Both the position numbers and the translations under genes were made by a program. A stretch of 64,000 bases of DNA from Rebecca billardiae RCC1528 (lineage: Eukaryota; Protista; Haptophyta), in assembly GCA_965240325.2 (NCBI GenBank), contig OZ251222.1:1798001-1862000 (forward strand), in the 5' to 3' direction. Positions 26,572 through 38,575 of the stretch are shown here, in pieces. How positions within the stretch are numbered: the first letter of the stretch is position 1; each line of letters opens with the position of its first letter. The notes under the pieces were generated by a model, which was given only the letters and a program-made list of their open reading frames with translations, made no database searches and was not told where the DNA came from.

Positions 26572-27288
26572 CAAGGGCCGTAAGGGCACCCAACTCCCAG
26601 TGCGGCCAGCTCGGAGGTTGAGGTGCCTCTGTCTGTCTCGTGGCCTCGCGACTCGCGTCCGGCCGGCGTGCTTCAAACGCTGCGCGAGGGCGCGACGTCG
26701 AGCGCTCTGCCTGGATGACTGGCGGCGATGCCGAACCCGGACGGCTCGCCGCTGAGCGGCGCGGGTCAAGGCTCTCCTGACACGCGCGTGAGTCCGCCAG
26801 GCTCGCCTCTTTCGCCTCTCGGCCCGTGCAATCGGCAGTTGCCAACGCGGCGCGCGAGCTCACTCGTGCCGTGCGCGCCAGCAGCAAACGGAGCGCTCGG
26901 GCTGCTTGCACCGGGCACGCAGGGGCAAGCGTGGGCGCCCGCCCGCACTTTGGCTTGTAGGCCCCTACGGGCAGCCTCCATGTCCGCCTGACTCACTTCC
27001 GTTCCCGGCGGTCGGCTGCTCGACTCGTCGCGCGTCCGGTGGCCTCAGCCGAGCTGCGCTCGGCTCGCCCCCACCTCCGCCTCCACCTCCGCCTCGCCAT
27101 CAGCACTGTCCGCCTCGCCCGCCGCGCGCCGCCCGCCGCGCGCCGCCCGCCGCGGCGCCCCGTCATGCCCGCACCCTCGCCTCCCGCGTCTTCGGCGACG
27201 GGCCACTCACCGCGGGCACTCACGGAGGCGAGCACAACAGAGGCGCCCCAACCTCCGCACTGGGAGTTGGGTGCCCTTACGGCCCTTG
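26572..27288. mobile_element. Non-autonomous TIR element (717 bp), P-element-like ends
   Basis: Perfect 34-bp TIR CAAGGGCCGTAAGGGCACCCAACTCCCAGTGCGG, extending imperfectly inward. Perfect 7-bp TSD GGCTGGC at 26565-26571 and 27289-27295. Confidence 0.88.
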
Positions 27289-28379
27289 GGCTGGCGATGG
27301 TCGCAACTCAAGTGGGATTGGGGATTGGAAGATGGGCTGAAAGACCAGGCATCGTATTCAACTCCAGCCGACCAACACTGCAGCTCTGTGATGCGGGCCC
27401 GGCCACTGTACTGTACACGGCAGGCCCCGGGCTTGCGTCGCGCCGCAGGTTGGGGTCGCCGGCCTTCCTATAGGCGCTCACCACGGCTCTTGCGACGGTG
27501 ACGGTGACATGGATGAAGACGATGGCGACGCCTTTCACGACGCTGCCTCTGCGTGGCCAGACTCGCTGCGCAGTCGATCGGCCGGATGCACATCAAAAGG
27601 GTGGTGGCGGGCCGGTCCGCGGCGGGCAAGCTCATCATGTCGTTCGGGCCTGGCGGCCGCGGCATGTGCCGTTTTCACCTCCCGCAGGTCGCATTTGAGC
27701 TGATGGAGTTATGCGGCGACGTCCTCAAGACCGGGCCAGAGGATCACAGCGTGGAGTGCAACGCTTGTTTTGCCGGGCGGTGAGCCGCGCGTGTTGATTC
27801 GCCGCGAATGATCGCTCGGCGACGACGACTACCGGTCGTCGACTATACGGCCGCGTACGTACTGCTATAATAACGGCGGTATAACTATCGGACCGTGTAG
27901 TAGTACCGGCGGGCCGTGGCGCGCCGCCGAGTCGTGCCGATTCCAGGACGTTATTCCGCCTATTCGTTCCGACGACTCATCCGACGTCGGGCCCGCGCGC
28001 GCACTTGTTAGCCCGTTATCAGATTACTCGTCGTTGTTCACCTACTTCCTGAATTCCTCATCCCGATCCGAGTCCGACTCAGAAGTCAGTGTCAGATCCG
28101 GGCGCTGCGCCATCAGTGCGGGCGGCGTCACCACTTCTGTCGCCGCCGGCGGAACGTCTCCGCCGCCGGTCGGACCGGCGCTAGAAGTCGTAGATGAATT
28201 GCTGGCGCTATTGCTAGTGATCCGAGTATCCGTCAGACGTGATAATGCGGCACCGTGTCCCGTGATGGGACATGAGTCTGGTCCGGCGGCGGCACTCGCC
28301 AATCGCGATAGTTCGACACGCGGTGACTGCATGCTCTGATGATGATCGTCATCTGTATATTGAGTGACTGGCGGGCAGC

Positions 28380-28906
28380 AGAGTGACGACGACGCCCACC
28401 GCGCTGTCGTCCGTCTAGTGCCAAGCTCCCAAGAGTCGTCGGGCCTTTGACGCGGGGCGCCGTGCGCACCGGCGCTGCAATAACTCGCCAACTCGGCATC
28501 GTCACGAGTCTGCACGGGCCTCGGCCGATTTGGTGAACCCAGCGGCGTGCACTGCCGCGAGCGTGCTGCCCGGGCTGACCTTGGATTCGATGCCAGAGTG
28601 ATAAGACATGACAATTCCATAGTCTGTGCTTGCCCTCCCCACTACCCGCGTACGCCGCGAGTGCCTCCGTACGAGTTCATGGCCGCGTAGAACGGCGCAC
28701 CGTGCGGCGGGCGACGAGGCCGCACTCGTGAGCTGCATGCTGCATCCAGGCAACGCCTTGGACGCGTACCTGTGCTTCCTGAGAAGGCGGGCCTCACGCC
28801 TGGCTGCGCTGGTGTCGGTGGACGCCCTGAGCTTCACCGCAGCCAGCCCACCCTGGGCGTCGACAACCTTGTTTACAAACCGTGCCGTGCAGGAGCCCGC
28901 TCCCAC
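28380..28906 (-). pseudogene. Decayed protein-kinase-like remnant
   Basis: Ordered kinase-like motifs across two frames: GAGS..., AAVKL, ARREARLL, IVMSY, LAAVHAAGF, then YCSAG...DDSWELG. HRD and DFG are not recognisable. Confidence 0.45.
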
Positions 28907-29636
28907 AAGCTGCTCTCACAGTGAGCCGCAGCTGGGACATCCATCTGTTCGGCCTCCTCGCTGGGGAGCGTCAGGTCGAGCGCCGGAACTTCCGACTTGC
29001 GCGAGCCCAGCAGCCGGCCGAGCGGCGCCCAGCCGCGCGCGCTCTCCCCCTCCGCGCGGCGCAGCGTGAATGAAGGCGGGCGCGCACGACGTTGATTGAG
29101 AAAGAGCTCCTCCTCCTGCACGCGCAGGCTCCACAGCACAAGCGCGCCCGATGCGAAGAGGAAAGCATCGAAGGGTGCGGGCAGCGCGTGCTACTGCTCG
29201 TCGCGCTCCCACTGAGAGCGCGACGTGGGCAACGTGAACGTCACGTGCCGACGGGCGTCGGTCAGACGACGTGGACGGGAGGCGAGCAGCGCGGCGGAGG
29301 AGACGTGGGTGCCAGTGAGCGTGCACGGCGCGGACGGCTCCCCGCCGCAGGGCGGCGTCGTGTGCTCGCCCGCCGGCCGCCTGCTCTAGGATCCTCAGAA
29401 TCCTCAGAAGTCCGCCTCGCCGGGCCGCGTTGAGAGCCCCAACTGAAAACTCCCAAGGGGGGCTTCCAGGTCTTGCATCTGAAGACCACGATCTCCGTCC
29501 GATCTTCGTTTAGTCTATTGGTGCGACGAAGCAGGAATATGATTTTCTTTTGTCCTCCGCGTGTCGATCTCGCCGGCTCGCAAGCCAAGCCTTTCAGAAA
29601 CGCGGCGCTGCTGGGGGCGGGGCCGGCCATGCACCG

Positions 29637-29746
<110 letters not shown>

Positions 29747-30081
29747 GCTTATTGCTGTCATCAGCAATATACAGTGTACTGCCATTGACAGTCGCCAGTC
29801 GCCCGCGGTCGGCGCGGCTATTCGGGCTAACCGCTAAGCCCAAGGTTATGAGTTCTGCCAGCAGACACCTGGGAGCGTTACCAGCCGAGTGAGCAGCCGT
29901 CGACGTTGGCGTCATCATCGCGGGATTGACGACATGCCTTGCCGACGATGAGAGAAAAGCATGCGAGATGCACTCCAGTGCGTGTTGCTGCGCGTTCGGG
30001 ATGCCGGCTCTCTTGTCACCGGCGCAGCACTCGTGAGTACAATGCCACATCCTTTGTCGGACTCGGCCAGTCGTTTCATTG

Positions 30082-30591
30082 TTAGTAGACGTCCACCCCC
30101 AGGCGTGCCAGCTCGGCGACCAGCTGGCGGCGCTCGTGGGCAAGCTTCACCGAGGTACGCGGCCGCATGAGCGTACGAATCCACGACTCTTGCGCGCGCA
30201 CATCGGCAAGCTCCTTCAGAAGCCGTGAGCAAATGGCCGCGTGGTTTGAGCGCATAAACGAGCGCACGTCTTGTGCTGCCGGCACAGATGGGATGGCAGA
30301 GCCGGCACCGCTTGAATGAGCCGTGGGGATTATGGGTGGTTGCGCCCCTGCCGACGGTGGCGGGGGCAAGAGCAGATACTTGGCCACGGCAGGTGGGATC
30401 GACTGCCGCATGTTCTCTGGCAGCCGATCGATATCGATCACGCCAGTCTTGCACGCCACGATGGGTGCAGTCAGCGCGATGGCGAGTGCGGGGACGACGG
30501 GTAGCGCTGTCTGCTCTTCGGCAGCCTTCGCCGTTGCAAAGCCTCGAACGCCCCGGCCGCGCGCGAAGAGGGCTCGTCCCAGCGCCATCAT
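30082..30591 (-). CDS. Small hypothetical protein, possibly mitochondrial (transit peptide, hydrophobic segment, coiled coil)
   Basis: [21 protein letters not shown] transit-like start, [17 protein letters not shown] hydrophobic stretch and a heptad-like C-terminus. Confidence 0.5.
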   Translation of the reverse strand: MMALGRALFARGRGVRGFATAKAAEEQTALPVVPALAIALTAPIVACKTGVIDIDRLPENMRQSIPPAVAKYLLLPPPPSAGAQPPIIPTAHSSGAGSAIPSVPAAQDVRSFMRSNHAAICSRLLKELADVRAQESWIRTLMRPRTSVKLAHERRQLVAELARLGVDVY

Positions 30592-30669
30592 GGCCACCGT
30601 CCGCCCGACGATATCCGTCCACCGCGATTTATTTGTTGCCGGCTGGAGCGAACGAGATCACTGGATCTC

Positions 30670-32073
30670 ATGCAGCGATCGCTTGATTCACTGCCACACC
30701 GGATGGCGGGCGACTCCGATGCCGGGGTCCGCATGCTCCAGCGCGCGGCGAGGCGAGGCGACGCACGTGCGACCTTCCTGCTGGCGGGGCGCACCGAATC
30801 GGGCGACGGCGTCGCACGGGACGTCAGCGAGGCGGTTCGCCTTTATGTCCTCGCTGCGGATCGTGGGTTTGTGCAAGCACAGCGCCGGTTGGGCGAGATC
30901 TACGCGGCCATGTCGAATTGGGCAGAGGCTGCGCGCTGGTACCGGCTGGCGGCCGAGCAGGGCGATTTGACTGCTCAGGTCCGAATGGGGGCGCTGCATG
31001 CACTTGGCGAGGACGTACCGCAGGACTGGGCCGAGGCGGTGCGCTGGTACCGGCTGGGGGCCGAGCAGGGCGACGCAGCTGCGCAGTGCCACCTGGGCGG
31101 GTGCTACAAAGCAGGCAAGGGGGTGCAGCAGGACTTGTCCGAGGCGGTGCGCTTGTACCGGCTGGCGGCTGAGCAGGGCTACGCAGCTGCGCAGGCCAAG
31201 CTGGGCTTGTGCTGCAAACAAGGCGAGGGCGTGCCACAGGACTGGGCTGAGGCAGTGCGCTGGTACTGGCTGGCGGCCGAGCAGGGCTACGCAGCTGCGC
31301 AGTGCCACCTGGGCGCATGCTACGAACGAGGCGAGGGCGTGCCGCAGGACATGACCGAGGCTGCGCGCTGGTGTCGGCTGGGGGCCGAGCAGGGCGATGC
31401 AACTGCGCAGCACAACCTGGGCGTATGCTACGAACGAGGCGGGGGCGTGCCGCAGGACTGCGCCGAGGCGGTGCGCTTTTATCGGCTGGCGGCCGAGCAG
31501 GGCTACGCAGCTGCGCAGTACAACCTGGGCGCAGGCTATGAACGAGGCGAGGGCGTGCCGCAGGACTGCGCCGAGGCTGCGCGCTTGTATCGGCTGGCGG
31601 CCGAGCAGGGCTACGCAGCTGCGCAGTACAACCTGGGCGTATGCTACGAACGAGGCATGGGCGTGCCGCAGGACTGGGCCGAGGCGGTGCGCTGGTACCG
31701 GCTGGCCGTCGACGGTGGCCTGCCAGTTGCCCACCCGGCATTGGCGTCACTGCTGCTTGCAGGCGAGGACATGCAGCGCGACGTGACGGAGGGAGTGCGG
31801 CTGCTGAGCTGCGGGCACGAGCTTGACGGCTCTGTTGTCGATCCGAGCAAGGTGCTTGGCCACTATGCCGGAGATCGCGAGGTGGCGGCTGCGTGCTGCA
31901 TGGTGTGTGCCAAGTCGGGCCGTGACGCGAAGAAGTGCGAGCGATGCCTCGTGGCTGTCTTCTGCTGCCGCGAGCATCTGCGGAGCGCGTGGAAAATCCA
32001 CAAGCCGCACTGCACGGAGTGGCGCGCCGCACCGGCGGCGCGGCCGGTGATCAGCACGGTGCATGATGACTAA
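30670..32073 (+). CDS. Sel1-like repeat protein (~10 repeats) with C-terminal MYND zinc finger
   Basis: 36-aa AQxxLGxCYxxGxGVPQDxAEAVRWYRLAAEQG repeats and CMVC...CERC...FCCREHLRSAWKIHKPHC. Confidence 0.93.
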   Translation: MQRSLDSLPHRMAGDSDAGVRMLQRAARRGDARATFLLAGRTESGDGVARDVSEAVRLYVLAADRGFVQAQRRLGEIYAAMSNWAEAARWYRLAAEQGDLTAQVRMGALHALGEDVPQDWAEAVRWYRLGAEQGDAAAQCHLGGCYKAGKGVQQDLSEAVRLYRLAAEQGYAAAQAKLGLCCKQGEGVPQDWAEAVRWYWLAAEQGYAAAQCHLGACYERGEGVPQDMTEAARWCRLGAEQGDATAQHNLGVCYERGGGVPQDCAEAVRFYRLAAEQGYAAAQYNLGAGYERGEGVPQDCAEAARLYRLAAEQGYAAAQYNLGVCYERGMGVPQDWAEAVRWYRLAVDGGLPVAHPALASLLLAGEDMQRDVTEGVRLLSCGHELDGSVVDPSKVLGHYAGDREVAAACCMVCAKSGRDAKKCERCLVAVFCCREHLRSAWKIHKPHCTEWRAAPAARPVISTVHDD

Positions 32074-32116
32074 GACTCGTCAGCATGCATTGATATGTCT
32101 GCTGTAATACAAATTA

Positions 32117-34165
32117 TGGCGCACGGCCCCCCCGAAAGGTCTGAGCGTGAGCGAAAGCCGGGGGGGGGCGGCGCACGTGCTCCGCAAAATCAAAAAAGAT
32201 CGAGGATGCGCGCAGGATTTGGGGGGATTTTTGTAGGTGGATTTAGGTGTGAAACCGCAGTAGAGACCACATATCGTGATATTGCTGCGTTTGTACTGCC
32301 CCTTAACCTTTGGATAGTAAGTAATAGAAGAAATCGGAATCGAATAGGACGAAGTCATCTCTGATACCTTTCTGATAGTCAAGATGCGTGTGTTGACAAA
32401 CTGACCATAAAAAAGGTGAGATATCGAACTAATTCTCTGGATAGCTGTTCACTCCTCAGATTCATCAAAGCGACGCGATATGGTATTGCGCGGGTAGCTT
32501 GAATCGACGTTCCCGCGCGCCCTGGTATCATACGGTTAGCAAGTAATTTTTGCTGATATACTTTTGGTCATCTGTTGATACGACGACAACCCTGAAACTC
32601 TCATGAGCATGAGAATTTCTACCGCTTCACGTACGACCCTTGATTCTCTCCCATTTAATACCGGCGCGTCCGGGAGAGCTTGACGAATATGAACGATAAA
32701 CTGGTTCCCGCGCGCGATTCATAACCGTATCCTTTCTGATTATGATAGTTATCTCCCGTTATTGATTAATATTGTTCATCACACGGCTTCGCGCGATGAT
32801 ACAAAAGCTGGCCACACGGAGCCTCCGAGGCGGGCAAAATGCGTGACGCAGGCACGATCGTTCAATCCGACAAGACTCAGCGCAGGTGCGCGCAGCTGCG
32901 CGGCGGGTCCCAACGGCCGTCGCCATCGCATTCGTGCCTCGCTCACTCCGCGCGCCCCGCCCTGCCATGCCTCTTCGGCTCAGTGCGTTTTCCAATATCG
33001 AGCACTCGTCGCAGGATTCCCGACGGCTGGCCGAGTTGTCGACCGGCTCGTCGGCTCCTCGTGTGTTATACTCTGGGTGCGAAAGCGCGTGGCGCGTGGG
33101 GGCGAGGCGCGTTTCTCGCTGTATTTCCAGCTGACCATGCGCGCGCCCGCGCGCGCCACGCCGCACGCCCGCGCAGCTGAACTCTCGGCATGTTCGCGGG
33201 AAGTCGCTCGCCCAAGCCCTCACGCTCGCGCCGTCCATGACCATGGCCGCGCTGTGATGGCTCCGCGTGCGGAGTGCTGACCGTGAGCCTCTCTCTCTCT
33301 GGCTGCGCATGACGGCGCGGCAAGCAGCGCGCGCAGATCTGCGGGCGACGAGGCTGGGCGCCAGTCCTCGCAGCACGAGGCCGAGCGCGGACATCTGTTT
33401 TGCTCGCGACGAGGCTGGGCTTAGATCTGCGAGCGGCGAGTCCGCGACGATGGCGAGGTGGCATATGCTACGCGCGACGCCGTGCTCCTCTCTCGCCCGT
33501 GCTCGCAGTCGCCCTCGCGCTCCAGGCCGTCGGCCGACAGACAGCACCCGCGGCGGCGCCGACGCGCACAGCGGCCCTCGCACTGCATCGATCGACGCGG
33601 CGGCGAGGCTGACAGACAAAGGTCGCAATCCAGGGTGTCACGTGCCGTGGGGAGCTCATTGTGCCCGCATTCGAGGGGAAGACGCCGAGGGCGTGCAAGG
33701 AGCGGCTGCTGCGGCTGCGGGAGGTCGGAGACAGGCTCGAGCCGCGGCTGCTCGCGACGCTCTTTCCCGCCGCCGACCGGCCGACGAGCTGCGAGCTCAG
33801 AGCTGCGAGCTCATTCATCCGACGCTGCGCCGATCCCGCCGAGCGCGCGAGGCTGTGCGAGGCTGAGACGGGCGAGCTGCCGAGCGCGATCTCTGCGCTG
33901 CGCGCGGCCCCAGCAGGGCTGCCCGAAGCGCACCGGGCGGAGGCGCTGCGGCTGCTGCGCCGTTGAGTTCGACACGGCGCAGCCCCCCGAGGCCGTCGAT
34001 CGCGTCGATTACTCGCGCCCGCGCCGGCCGCGCCTCCTGCACGGCGACGTGCCGGGCGCGCGCATCGTGATTCGGTGAAGAACGCGACAACTACCAGGGC
34101 CGTGCGCCCTCAACTTCGTTATTGTTACTACTTGTTTACTACCCGAAGATCGGCGTAGCCGATCA
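32117..34165 (+). mobile_element. Non-autonomous Helitron2-like element, family B copy 1 (2049 bp)
   Basis: 5' TGGCGCACGGCCC, inverted GGGCCGTGCGCC at 34097-34108, terminal hairpin GATCGGC-GTA-GCCGATC-A at 34148-34165. Flanks A|T. The 5' region is homologous to 39660 onward. Confidence 0.8.
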
Positions 34166-34410
34166 TATTGATGATGATGATGACTAACTACTGATGAGTC
34201 TGATGACGACTTGATGACTCGTGCTGATGATGACGTTGTTGACACTGTCATTCAGCGCAGACCGATGAGACCCGAAGGCTGGCCGACTGCTGTCGTCAGC
34301 ATCATTAATAACTATCACTAACTGACAATGCTGCCGGCAATACGGGCGCAATACCGTATACTATAGTCGTAGTAGCAGTCTATACTGCGCTGCTGACCGC
34401 CGCGCAGAGC

Positions 34411-34411
<1 letters not shown>

Positions 34412-34448
<37 letters not shown>

Positions 34449-34457
34449 AGAGAGAGA
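34412..34457. repeat. (GA)n microsatellite
   Basis: Interrupted GA run. Confidence 0.9.
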
Positions 34458-34549
34458 TGATTACAGTAAATACGGCCGTGACGATGATGAGTCGTAGCGT
34501 GTCTCGACCTGAGACCGGCGGGCCGCGGCTACGAATGCAGCGCGTGCGA

Positions 34550-37500
34550 TCATCCGCCACCGTCACTGTCACGGTGCGGCCACCGACCCTCACCCTGCCC
34601 CTGGGGCTGGGCCTCGTGCCGCCGCGCGTAGATGCGCACCACGCCATCCGCCGCGCTCGTGCACACCGAGCCCTCCCCCGAGCCGGGCGCGATGGTCACG
34701 ATCGCGGCTTCGCTCAGCGCTGGCACGTACTCCACCGCAGCCTCCCGCTCCGCCGAGCCCGACCATCTGGAGAGGCGCAGCCTGCCGTCGTCAAGGCCGA
34801 CAAGCAGCCCGACGGCCGGGATCAGCGCCATGCACGTCGCCGCGCACGGGAGCGACAGCCGCAGCACCTCGCGCCCATCCGCGGCGGACAGCAGCCGCAG
34901 GAGCGACGGCTCGCCACGGCCGAGGTCTGCGGCCGGGCTGCACGCCAGCACGTGCCGCCCGCTGTCGACAAACGCAACGCCCGTGATCGGCCCGGCCGAG
35001 GGCGCGAGGTTGCGGCAGGGCGCACTCCTGTTGTGGTGCCGCGACGCGCGCGTGGCCGCGCAATGCGGATCGTGAGCTCGCGGCCCGCCGCCCGCCAGCC
35101 AGGCTGGCACGCGAGCGCCGCGCGCTGCGGGCGGCGTGCGCGCCCGCGTGCGCACGCACGCGCACGCCGGTCGCGAGGCGCGCGCACCGGCAGCGGGGGT
35201 CCCAGAGAGTGAGCGTGCCGTCGTCGGCGCCGCTCGCCGCGAGCGCGGAGAGCGGCCCCTCGCCGACGAGCGCGCTCACACAGCCGTCGTGCTCCTGTGG
35301 TGAGCGCGCGGACAGCGCGCGTGCGCGCACGCGGCAGGGTTGCGCGGGTGGGCGGGCGCGGGCAGCGCGCGGGCGGCGCGTGCGGCGAGGGGCGACGGCG
35401 TGAGCGGGCGCCGCGTCCGCGCTGGGATGCGCGCGCCCTCCGGCGTGCGCCACGGCACATGGCCGCCCAGCCACCCGGTCCGAGGCAGGCATCACGAGCG
35501 CACGCGCGCGGCCACGCGCGCGCGCGTGAGACGCACCCCAAGGGCCTCCGCGAGAACGAGCCGCGCGCCGTCCGCGCAGCGCCACCGCCGGACCGAGCCG
35601 TCGCGCGCGCCGCTGAGGACGACGGCGTCACTCGTCGCCGCGAGCGCGCCGCCCTCCGACCCGCCGTTCGCCACGCCCGCCTGCGCAGAGGGCGGCGAGC
35701 TGAAGCCCGCGCCTCCGCAGGCGCCGCGCGCGCACGGCGCGTGCGGCCCGCCATCGCCGCCGTCGTCGAACGTGTCGGAGACCGAGGCGAGGCACGTGAT
35801 GGGCGCGTCGTGCGCCTCAACTGACGGGAGAACGCCGCCGTGCGCCGAGCTCGCAAGGTACAGCCTGCGGTCGTGCCCGCCGACCCACACGCCGTGCGCC
35901 GCGTCGGCGCGCGCGCGCACGCGCGCGCACGCGAGCAGGCCACTGTCGCTGATCCGCATCGCGTACTGGCGCGCGCCGCGGCTCGGTGAGTAAAGTGAGT
36001 ACACGGCGCAGAGGCCGGAGGCGTCAAAGGTGTAGAGGTCACCGCCGAGCGCGGCGACGGCGGTCGGCGCGTTCGGGGTGCACCGGATCTCGCACTCGCA
36101 CGCGAGGGAGGAGGGCGGTGCGCCTCCCAGCCGCGCGGGCGATCCGTGCGCGCCGCCGCGCGTCCGCGTCGGCGTCGGCATCGGCGTGCCTGGGCCGCTG
36201 CCACTGCCGGCCCCCGACGCGCGACTCACAAGCTGCGGAGGCGCGCGGCTCGGTGGGCCCGGCGCCGCGGGCTCTCCGCCGGCGTGCGCGCCCGCCCCGC
36301 CGAGCCACGGCGGCAGCTTGGGCAGGTGCTGCCGCGCGCTGCTCACCCACGTGGAGGTCTGGTCGAGAATCGCGGCGCTCGCGCCGCGCGCGTCCCTGGC
36401 CGTCACGCCGCCGCCCGCCACCCAGCCGCCGAGCTGCCAACCGCTCGCGCCCGACGGCGCCGCGCGGTGCGCGGCGCCGTCGGCCGCGGCCGCGGCACCC
36501 GCGGCCGTCGCGGCGGCGCCTCCCACGGCGGCGCGCGTGGCCCCGTGCATCCCGTCGCCGCGACGCGCGCCCGCGTCGCGCCCCGCGTGCGCCGCGTCCG
36601 CATCCTCGCCCGCCGCGGCCTCCGCGCCGCGCCCGAGCGGCCGCAGCAGCAGCGGCCCTGTGCGGGCGGGATGCGGCGCACGGAAGAGCTGGCTCGGTGT
36701 CTGCCCGAACTCGCGGATCTGCACGATGCGGCACGCGCGCTCGTGCGGGTCGCTGATCGCGCCGAGCGAGTCCGCGCCCTCATACGTCAGATAGAAGAAG
36801 ACATTGTCCGCCGCGACCGCCTGCTCGCCCGTCTGCTTGTAGCCGAAGATCAGGTCGATCCAAAAGTGAATGTTGGCCGAGACGTGGTCGCTCTCGAGCG
36901 CCGCGCGGCACTGCCGCACAAAGTCGGCGGGCGACGCGGCCCACGGCGGCAGGACGACGTCGTGCACGCGCTCGCCGTTCGAGCGCACGCCGAGGTCGAG
37001 GTTGCGCGTGTTCGTGAGGAACGAGCCGTCGCCCGAATAGAACTCGGGGATCAGCTCCTTCACGTCGTGGTCGGACGCGAGGACGCCCGCCCACGTGTCC
37101 GTGATGGCGTGGAAGAGGCGCTGCGGCGCGTCGAACTTGCCGTTCTGCAGCCGGAGCATCAGCTCGGGCCGCAGCCGCACGAGGTAGTACAGCACGAACG
37201 CCGCGGTCGAGTAGTGCGAGCCGTACATGAACGGCGGGTGCGGCAGCTTGTCGGGCATGGCCGCCATCTCGGCGTATCTCGCGCGCAGCCGCTCAAGTCG
37301 TGCGGGGTTGAGCGCGCCCACGGGCTTGGAGAGGTCTCGGTACGTGCGCTCGTCGGTAAGGTCGAGCCGCGCGGACTCGTAGTCGCGGATCACCCACGGC
37401 ATCACGGGGTACTGGTTCAGGTCGTTGCAGGTGCGCCCGGCGAGCGAGTTGAGCTCGAGCAGATACTCGAGATTGCTCAGCTCGGCGCGCCGCCACGCGG

Positions 37501-38575
37501 CCGTGAGCGCGCGCAGCCGCTCGGCGTCGTCCTCGCCGTTGCGCCGCGCGGCGGCGGCGCCGGCGCCGCGCGCCGCGCCGCGCGGTCCGGAGAGCAGGCC
37601 CTCGAGCGCCGAGACGAACGCGTCCACTCGCTCCTCGGACTCGAAGGCGAGCAGGACGGTGGCGGGCGCGAGCGCGGCGACACCGGCGCCACCCAGCGCG
37701 GCGCCGGTTGCAGAGGCCATCAGGTCGGTGCTGCTGCTGCGGTTGAGCTGGTGCGGCGTGGCGGGCTGGCGCGGCAGCGCGTCGGCGAGCCCGCCGGCCG
37801 CCCCACGCCCCGCGCCCGCGCACGAGAACTCGGCGGCCACGTGCCGGAGGTCGTACCGCCGGCGCACGAGCGAGCTGATGTCGCGCACCGCCCAGCAGTG
37901 CTGCGGCTCGGAGCCCACCTTGAGCATCGGCTCGAAGTACACGGAGCGCGTGGTGAGCACGACGATGCCCGGGTCGGCGACGAGCGGCGTGATCCGGTGC
38001 ACGCGGTACTCACCGAGCACCGACTCGTGCACGTCGTCCAGCCCCGCGTCGTCGAATCGGAAGGAATCGAAGCACTCGCGCACGAGCTCGTCGCGCGGAG
38101 CCTCCTGCTGCGCGCGCGGCAGCTGGGCGATGTCGTACAGCCGGGCGAGCTTGGGGAGCAGGTCGCTCACGTCGATGTGCTGCGGCATGCACAGCACCGA
38201 CCACGCCGCTCCCGCCGGCGCCTTGTGGAACTCGAACGGCTGGTGGGGGAACAGCTCCGCAAACGCGCGCGCGCCAAAGACCGCGCCGCCTTCGCTCGGC
38301 GCGGCGTCGAGGGAGCGCATGTCCTCGAAGGGGAACCGGAGGATGGGGATGTGCGCGTCGTCCGGGTCGAAGAAGACGCAGCGCGTCGTCACACGCAGCC
38401 TGCCCTTCGCGTCCATCGGCGGCGCGCCCGTGCGGCCGATCGCGCCGAGCAGCTCGGGCGTCAGCCGCAGCAGCACGCCGTGGTCGGTCAGGTAGTGGTC
38501 CTGCTCCTCGAGGAAGAGCTGGGTGAAGCGCGGCGGCCGCCCCTTGCGCAGCGCGGCGCCGATCGCCGGCGCCAT
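34550..38575 (-). CDS. FAN/NSMAF-like BEACH-domain WD40 protein; introns 35295-35536 and 35028-35187
   Basis: PH/GRAM-like N-terminus, BEACH domain (SNLEYLLELNSLAGRTCNDLNQYPVMPW, YGSHYS, DVKELIPEF, WIDLIFGYKQ, FGQTP) and WD40 repeats (SGARDGSVRRW, SGADDGTLTLWD). Confidence 0.9.
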
